Shown here: piece by piece, positions 58,258 to 64,000 of the stretch
How the letters are laid out: every line of letters starts with the position of its first letter
How positions within the stretch are numbered: the stretch's first letter is position 1
Assembly (NCBI GenBank): GCA_965204755.1
Contig: OZ242011.1
Span: 448,001-512,000, forward strand
Direction: 5' to 3'
DNA length: 64,000 nt
From: Candidatus Marinacidobacterium sp.
GTDB lineage: Bacteria; Acidobacteriota; Vicinamibacteria; Marinacidobacterales; Marinacidobacteraceae
Made by a program: the position numbers and the translations under genes
The notes under the pieces: generated by a model
Database searches by the model: none
The model's input: only the letters and a program-made list of their open reading frames with translations
Told to the model about the DNA's origin: nothing

Positions 58258-58304
58258 CGCCCGCCAAGTATAGGAACGCCGAACGCCGGTCCGCCCCGAG
58301 CCGC

Positions 58305-58490
58305 TATCCGCCGATGTCGTCGGCGTCGTCCGGCGGCGGCGCGTTCTCCAGAATGCAAGGGCCGCAGCGCTCGAACCGGCCCTCCTCCCGAAACGCCGCC
58401 GCCACCGCCCGGCCGCCGGGAGCAACTCCCTCTTCGCCAGTTTCCCCGGTAGCGGTCGAAGTAGCGGCGATCCCGCCGGATATCGAAAGT
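58305..58490 (-). pseudogene. Decayed 3' fragment of a third AAA ATPase copy
   Basis: cgtcgtccggcggcggcgcgttctccagaatgca and gaaacgccgccgccaccgcccg match 57132-57166 and 57333-57355, with an internal deletion. Confidence 0.75.
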
Positions 58491-58532
58491 ACGGATGCGA
58501 CCGCGCCCCCGACTGCTCCGGGGGCCGCCGCC

Positions 58533-58895
58533 TCAGGTGAACCGGAGCGCGACGAACAGGAGGCCGAGGGCGGCGATCATCACCATTCGTTGGTTGCTCG
58601 CCTGTTTGTTCATCATGGCGACCAACTCCGCCCGGAGCGCGGAGATGTCGGTGCGCACCTCGGCGATCTCCGAGCGCACCTCGGCGATCTTCGTGTCCAT
58701 CCTCGCGGTCAACTCGGTCCGCAGGCCCTGGATGTCCTTCTTCGTGGAGGCCTCCAGGCGTTCGATGTCCGCCTTCGTGGCCAGGCGGGTTCCCGCGTGG
58801 GCCACGATCGTGACGATGGCTTCCGCCTGCGGGGTGGCGAAGCCCGCCTTCTCGAGTTGGCGGGCGGCCTGGAGGGTGTCCACGAGGGGCGGCAT
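58533..58895 (-). CDS. DUF1640/CCDC90-like protein, copy b
   Basis: Paralog of 55342-55656; ends ALRFT. Confidence 0.75.
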   Translation of the reverse strand: MPPLVDTLQAARQLEKAGFATPQAEAIVTIVAHAGTRLATKADIERLEASTKKDIQGLRTELTARMDTKIAEVRSEIAEVRTDISALRAELVAMMNKQASNQRMVMIAALGLLFVALRFT

Positions 58896-58933
58896 ATACG
58901 ACCGCGCCTCCGACCGGGCCGGGGGCCGCCGCC

Positions 58934-59284
58934 TCAGGTGAACCGGAGCGCGACGAACAGGAGGCCGAGGGCGGCGACCATCACCATCCGATGGTTGCTC
59001 GCCTGTTTGTTCATCATGGCGACCAACTCCGCCCGCAGCCCGGAGATGTCGGTGCGCACCTCGGCGACCTCCGCGCGCACCTCGGCGATCTTCGTGTCCA
59101 TTCTCGCGGTCAACTCGGTCCGCAAGCCCTCGATGTCCTTGGTCACGCGTTCGATGTCCGCCTTCGTGGCCAGGCGGGTTCCCGCGTGGGCGACGATCGT
59201 GACGATGGCTTCCGCCTGCGGGGTGGCGAAGCCCGCCTTTTCGAGTTGGCGCGTGGCCTGGAGAGTGTCGACGAGGGGCGACAT
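58934..59284 (-). CDS. DUF1640/CCDC90-like protein, copy c
   Basis: Near-identical to copy b; shares its upstream leader with copy a. Confidence 0.75.
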   Translation of the reverse strand: MSPLVDTLQATRQLEKAGFATPQAEAIVTIVAHAGTRLATKADIERVTKDIEGLRTELTARMDTKIAEVRAEVAEVRTDISGLRAELVAMMNKQASNHRMVMVAALGLLFVALRFT

Positions 59285-59400
59285 GACGGGAACCTCCTCG
59301 ACGAGGAGCGCGGCCTCGTCTTCGGGAGGATCGTAGCGCGCCGGACTGCTCGCCGGCGGACGCCCGGGATGCGGCGACGCGCGACCGTCCACCGGGCGGA

Positions 59401-62400
59401 CTAGAACCGGAGGGTGCCGCGGAGGCCGAGGCGGAGGTAGGCCGGGGTGTCGCTGTACGAGGCGCGTTCGCCGGACAACTCCAGGTCGAACATCCGGCCC
59501 GGGCTCAGGGGGTCGCCGTAGCGGAGGCCGAAGCGCACCCGGTTCCGGCCGTCGCCGGCGCCGTAGTCGGTGAACGGGGTGAAGACGCCGGGGAGCGGGC
59601 CGGCGGGGAAGCCGTAGCCGAACCGGGCCTCGAAGGCGCCGCCTTCCGGACGCCGGGCGGCGGCGGCGCCGGCGCCGGTGAACAGGTTGGCGTCCGGGCG
59701 CCAGAGCGCGTCCTGCCCGCCCCGGCCGCCCCAGGTCGGGGCCAGCGAGAAGGACAACCCCGCGCCGTCCTGCCTCGGCTGGAGGAGCGCCGTCAGCCCG
59801 GCCCCCCGCTCCCGGAAGCCGTCCTCGCTGTGCGCCGCCAGCATCCGGCCCTGCGCCTCCAGGCGGAACCGCGTTCCCGCCGTGAGCCGCAGCCCGCCGG
59901 CCAACTCCAGGCCCCGGCCGGTCACTTCGGTGTCCCCGTCCGCCCGCGCCGACACCGTCGCGAACGGCTCCACCGCGCCGCCCCCGCCGAGACCCTGGCG
60001 GAACCGGGTCTCCACGCCCGCCCGCAGGCGGAAGGCCCGCGCTTCGAGGCCGCCGGAGACGCCCGCGCCGGACGCGGTGGCCAGCCGGCTCAGCCCGGCG
60101 TCCCCCCGGACCGCCAGTTCCAGGCCCTCGCCGGCGCCCGCCACCCGCAGCCGCAGCCCGACCAGGCCCATCCCCAGCGACAGGGACTGCGACTCCCGGC
60201 CCCGTTCGCCGCGGTCGGTTTCCAGGGTCCCGGAACCCGCGCCGCCGATCGCCCAGAACTCCGTCCGGTCGGTGGGCCGGACGCTGGCGTAGGGCAGGAC
60301 GCTGGTGATCCGCGCCGTGGTCTCGCCGGTCCCGGTGGTCTCCCCGGCGAACGAGTAGTCCGCCCGGCCGAAGGTCCGGGCGACCGCCAGCCCCGCGAGC
60401 CAGGAGTCCCCGGAGACATCCGCGCCCACATACGGCGTCCGCAGGTCGCCGGAGTAGGCGGCGCCCGCCGCCGGGGCGCCTTCGAAGGACACCAGGTCGC
60501 CGGCGCCCCACAGGCCCCAGCGGAGGCCGCCGTCGTCCGCGCCGCCCGTCCCGGAGCGGCCGCCCTCGTCGTCCTGCCCGAAAGTCAGGGCGAAACTGTC
60601 CCGCACCGGGTCGAAGCCTTCGAGCGACGCCGCGTTCTCCAGCGGGCGCTCGCCCCGGAACAGGGTCTGGACGCCGAGCGCGGCGTTCTCCAGCCCGCCG
60701 ACCGGCAGGCCGCCGTTCCCGCCGGAGAGCGCGGTCATCGTCAGCCGGCTGCTCCCGCCCCGCGCCTCCATCCGCCGCCCGATCACCTCGGAAGCGCTCG
60801 ACAGGAAGCCCCGGCCCATCCCGGTGAGGGTCTCGGCGACCACCGCCGCCTCCGCCGGGTCCGCCACCACGGTTACCGCGAAGGACTGCTCCGCGCTCCC
60901 GGCGCGGTTCGACGCCGTAACCGTCACCGAGGCCTCGCCTTCGGTCAGCGGCGACACCGAGACCACCGCCGCCCCGGTGAGCAGCGCCGACGCCACCCCC
61001 GGCGCGGACGACGAAGCCGCGTAGCGCTCCGCCCCGGAGAAGGCCGCCGCCACTTCCACCGGGTGCGGATCCGCGCCGGCGATCAGCGTCAGCGCCGGGA
61101 GCGTCCCCACCGCCCGCGGCGGCGAGATCCCCCGCACCGGGTGCTCCGGCTGGTCGGCGAGCGCCGGGTGCGACAGGTCCACCCGCTGGCCGGGAACCCC
61201 GGTAACCGCCGAAGGAACCGCATCCTGCGGGACGGAGACGCCGTTCTCGTCCCAGTCACCTTCGACCACCCGGTAGGCGAAGCGCAGCGCCGCCGTCCCC
61301 GCCCCCGACCGGTAGCCCGCCGGGCGAGCCGAGAGCCCCACCGTCAGCGGCAGCGACGGCGTCCCGGACACCCGCGCCGGCGAACTGAACTCCACCGCCA
61401 CCTCCACGGTCTGCCCCACCCGGTAGGCGACCCCGTCCGGCGGGGTGGAGGAGATCCGCACCTCCCGCACCGTCAGCGGGTCGATCCCCCGCACCCGGTG
61501 CTCCGCGCCGCCGGAGACCCCCCGGTGGCCGAGGGCCACCCGCTGGCCCGGCGCGCCGGAGACCGCCCCGGCGAGGGTGTTCGCGGTCACCTCCACCCCG
61601 TCCTCGTCCCAGTCCGGGATCTCCACCGGGTAGCCGAACCGCAACTTCGCCGTGCCCGAACCGGCCAGGTAGGCCGCCGTCCGGGGCGAGCCGCCCAGGG
61701 CCAACTTCAGGCTCGCCGCGCCGCCCACCCGGGCCGGGCCGCTGAACGCCACTTCCACGGTGATCGTCTCGCCGGCCCGGTAGAAGGCCCCGTCCGCCGG
61801 GCTGGAGACCAGCGAGACGCCGGTAACGGTGAGCGCGGCCTCCGGCGGGGGCGGGGGCGGCGGCGCGGTCCGGGCGTCCACCCGGTGCGCCGGGTCGTCG
61901 TCGAGGCCCCCGTGCGCCAGCGCCACCTCGTCGCCGCGCAGCGTGCGGATCTGCCCCGGGCGGAACGGGTTGGGCGGGACCGAGATCCCGTCCCGGTCCA
62001 GGTCGCCGGCGGCCACCCGGTAGCGGAACACCACCCGGGCGCTTCCCGCGCCTTCGCGGTACGCCGCCGTCCGCGCCTCGTCGCCCACCGTCAGCGCCAG
62101 CCGCTCCCGCCGGTTGACGGACACCGCCTCGCTGAAGGCCGCCAGGAAGACCACCGTTTCACCCTCCCGGTAGGCGTCGCCGTCCGCCGGCGCCGAGACG
62201 ATCGACAGGGAGACGACGCGCGGCTCGCCGGCGGCCGGGGCGCCGCCCCCGCCTCCGCCGCCGCCCCCGCCGCCGCCGGGGTCGCTCGCCGGGGTCGGGG
62301 GCGCCAGCGCGAACTGGCCGTCGTCGGCCACCGCGTGGACGCCCAGCGCCAGGTTCGCCGGGTTCGGGTTGGCTTCCTGGGCCGCCACCCCGTCGGTGAT

Positions 62401-63999
62401 CGACCCGCCGTTCAGGTCGAGCGCCCCCGAACCGATGCTGATCCCGTTCGGGTCCTCGTCGCCCGGCAGCACCCGGTACTCGAACAGCAGGCCCCGGAGG
62501 TCGTCGGTCTGCCCGGTGTAGCGCGCCGTAACCACCTCCATCCCCGGCGTTCCCCCCTGGCCCCGGCGCAGCACGCCGGAAGTCACGGCCCGCGCCGAGG
62601 TCCCGCCGCCCAGCGTCAGCCGCAGCAACGGCATCCCGCTCACCGCCACCGGCTCCGAGAACCGGACTTCCACCCCGATCGAGTCGCCCGGCGCGAAGGT
62701 TCCCCCGGCGCCGCTCCCCCGCCCGGAGAGAACCACCCCGACCACCGTCGGCTGCCGGTCGTCCGAGGCGCTCCCCGCCACCGGCAGGTCCGCGTCGTTC
62801 GCGAAGGCGTGGTCGCCGAGGCCGAGGGCGGCGGCCGTCCCCCCGCCGTCCACGATCGTCCCGCCGTTCAGCGCGAGCGCCGAGGCCGCGATGCCGAGAC
62901 CGTTCGCGTCGGCGTCCGCGGCGACCACGGAGTAGCGGAAGACCAGCGTGGAAGTCCCGCTGCCGGAGGCGTAGTCCGCTTGGCGGGTGGCCGAGCCGAT
63001 GGTGAGCGCCAACTGCGGCGTCCCGGTAACCGTCACCGGCTCGGAGAAGGAGACCCCCACCGCGACGACATCGCCGGCGATGTACGCGCCCCCCGCGCCG
63101 TTCCCCGGGTACGCGGAAGACACCGTTACATCGATCACCGTCGGCGCCACCACATCGGCGCCGTCGCCGTCCACCACGATCTCCGGGTCGGCGTCGAAGG
63201 CGTGGCCGCCGAGGCGCAGGTCGGCGTCCTTGCCGCCGCCCACCCGCTCGCGGATCCGGCCGCCGGAGGGGGTCAGCGCCGAGGAGCCGATCCCGACCCC
63301 GTCGGCGTCCTCGTCCGACCGCTGCACGGTGTAGCGGAACCGCTGGAGGCGGCGGTCGAGGCTCGAGGAATGCCAGCGCGCCGGACGCCGCGCGTTCCCG
63401 ACGGTCAGCGCCACCTGCGGCGTCCCGCTCACCGAGACCGGCTCCGAGAAGCGCACCTCCACCTGGATCACATCGCCGGCGATATAGACCCCGTTCGCCC
63501 CGTTCCCCGGCCAGGCCGCCGACACGGACAGCCCCACCACCGTCGGCGCCCGGGTGTCCGAGCCGCCGCCCGAAACGACCGCGTCCCCGTCGGTGATCGC
63601 GTGCCCGGCCAGCGACAGGTTCGCGTTGTTCGGGGTGGACGCCCGGTCGACGATCGCCCCGCCGTTCAGCGCGAGCGCGGCCGCCCCGATGCTGATCCCG
63701 TCGGCGTCGGAGTCCGCGAGCGCCACCCGGTAGCGGAACGACAGCGCCGGCGTCCCGCTGCCGGCGGCGTAGTCCGCCTGGCGCGTCCCCGCCCCGATGC
63801 CGAGCGCCAACTGCGGCGTCCCGGTGACCCGCACCGGCTCCGAGAACTCCACCACCACCTCGATCGTGTCGCCGGAGATGTACGCCCCGTCGAGGCCGTT
63901 CCCCGGGAAGGCCGCCGAAATCGAGACCCCGCGCACCGTCGGCGCGCGCACATCCGCCCCGTTCCCGTCCACCCGGATCGCGTTCGCGCCGACGACCGT
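59401..63999 (-). CDS. Large repeat-rich surface protein with autotransporter-like beta-barrel C-terminus (5' end beyond window)
   Basis: At least 7 repeats of ~120-135 aa (Y..G(D/E)...V.FS.P..V.G.P.L.L..G...R.A.Y..GSGT..L.F.Y.V...D.D.DG), Gly- and Pro-rich linkers, amphipathic strands ending in a terminal F. Frame open to the window edge. Confidence 0.8.
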   Translation of the reverse strand, partial: TVVGANAIRVDGNGADVRAPTVRGVSISAAFPGNGLDGAYISGDTIEVVVEFSEPVRVTGTPQLALGIGAGTRQADYAAGSGTPALSFRYRVALADSDADGISIGAAALALNGGAIVDRASTPNNANLSLAGHAITDGDAVVSGGGSDTRAPTVVGLSVSAAWPGNGANGVYIAGDVIQVEVRFSEPVSVSGTPQVALTVGNARRPARWHSSSLDRRLQRFRYTVQRSDEDADGVGIGSSALTPSGGRIRERVGGGKDADLRLGGHAFDADPEIVVDGDGADVVAPTVIDVTVSSAYPGNGAGGAYIAGDVVAVGVSFSEPVTVTGTPQLALTIGSATRQADYASGSGTSTLVFRYSVVAADADANGLGIAASALALNGGTIVDGGGTAAALGLGDHAFANDADLPVAGSASDDRQPTVVGVVLSGRGSGAGGTFAPGDSIGVEVRFSEPVAVSGMPLLRLTLGGGTSARAVTSGVLRRGQGGTPGMEVVTARYTGQTDDLRGLLFEYRVLPGDEDPNGISIGSGALDLNGGSITDGVAAQEANPNPANLALGVHAVADDGQFALAPPTPASDPGGGGGGGGGGGGAPAAGEPRVVSLSIVSAPADGDAYREGETVVFLAAFSEAVSVNRRERLALTVGDEARTAAYREGAGSARVVFRYRVAAGDLDRDGISVPPNPFRPGQIRTLRGDEVALAHGGLDDDPAHRVDARTAPPPPPPPEAALTVTGVSLVSSPADGAFYRAGETITVEVAFSGPARVGGAASLKLALGGSPRTAAYLAGSGTAKLRFGYPVEIPDWDEDGVEVTANTLAGAVSGAPGQRVALGHRGVSGGAEHRVRGIDPLTVREVRISSTPPDGVAYRVGQTVEVAVEFSSPARVSGTPSLPLTVGLSARPAGYRSGAGTAALRFAYRVVEGDWDENGVSVPQDAVPSAVTGVPGQRVDLSHPALADQPEHPVRGISPPRAVGTLPALTLIAGADPHPVEVAAAFSGAERYAASSSAPGVASALLTGAAVVSVSPLTEGEASVTVTASNRAGSAEQSFAVTVVADPAEAAVVAETLTGMGRGFLSSASEVIGRRMEARGGSSRLTMTALSGGNGGLPVGGLENAALGVQTLFRGERPLENAASLEGFDPVRDSFALTFGQDDEGGRSGTGGADDGGLRWGLWGAGDLVSFEGAPAAGAAYSGDLRTPYVGADVSGDSWLAGLAVARTFGRADYSFAGETTGTGETTARITSVLPYASVRPTDRTEFWAIGGAGSGTLETDRGERGRESQSLSLGMGLVGLRLRVAGAGEGLELAVRGDAGLSRLATASGAGVSGGLEARAFRLRAGVETRFRQGLGGGGAVEPFATVSARADGDTEVTGRGLELAGGLRLTAGTRFRLEAQGRMLAAHSEDGFRERGAGLTALLQPRQDGAGLSFSLAPTWGGRGGQDALWRPDANLFTGAGAAAARRPEGGAFEARFGYGFPAGPLPGVFTPFTDYGAGDGRNRVRFGLRYGDPLSPGRMFDLELSGERASYSDTPAYLRLGLRGTLRF

Positions 64000-64000
64000 C

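Overview
High-GC bacterial chromosome segment; gene content and protein style suggest an Acidobacteriota-like, possibly sponge-associated organism (inference). Housekeeping genes include PBP1A, lemA/TPM, lon, tsaC, xerD, murJ, hsp20, gap, pgk-tpiA-secG, tRNA-Leu(GAG), efp-epmA, ribD/ribE/ribBA and a cobalamin-riboswitch TonB receptor-pduO unit, alongside many secreted hydrolases. Four accessory or defence patches interrupt them. (1) Tandem ABC-ATPase + DUF4276/TOPRIM-like pairs, one frameshifted by a 13-bp tandem repeat. (2) A small BECR-like putative RNase gene followed by two ~150-nt copies of a predicted structured, pseudoknotted RNA, the second split by an IS1634 element; this is the best candidate for an undescribed toxin/RNA-antitoxin system. 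(3) An island with an orphan ATPase, a SmaI-like type II RM system, a Fic protein and a nuclease fused to two SeqA-like domains. (4) A duplicated AAA-ATPase / DUF1640-like coiled-coil array beside a large repeat-rich autotransporter-like gene. AGCT and ACGT are also strongly depleted across the window, in a pattern resembling 5mC deamination. All family calls come from motif recognition by eye; no database searches were run.
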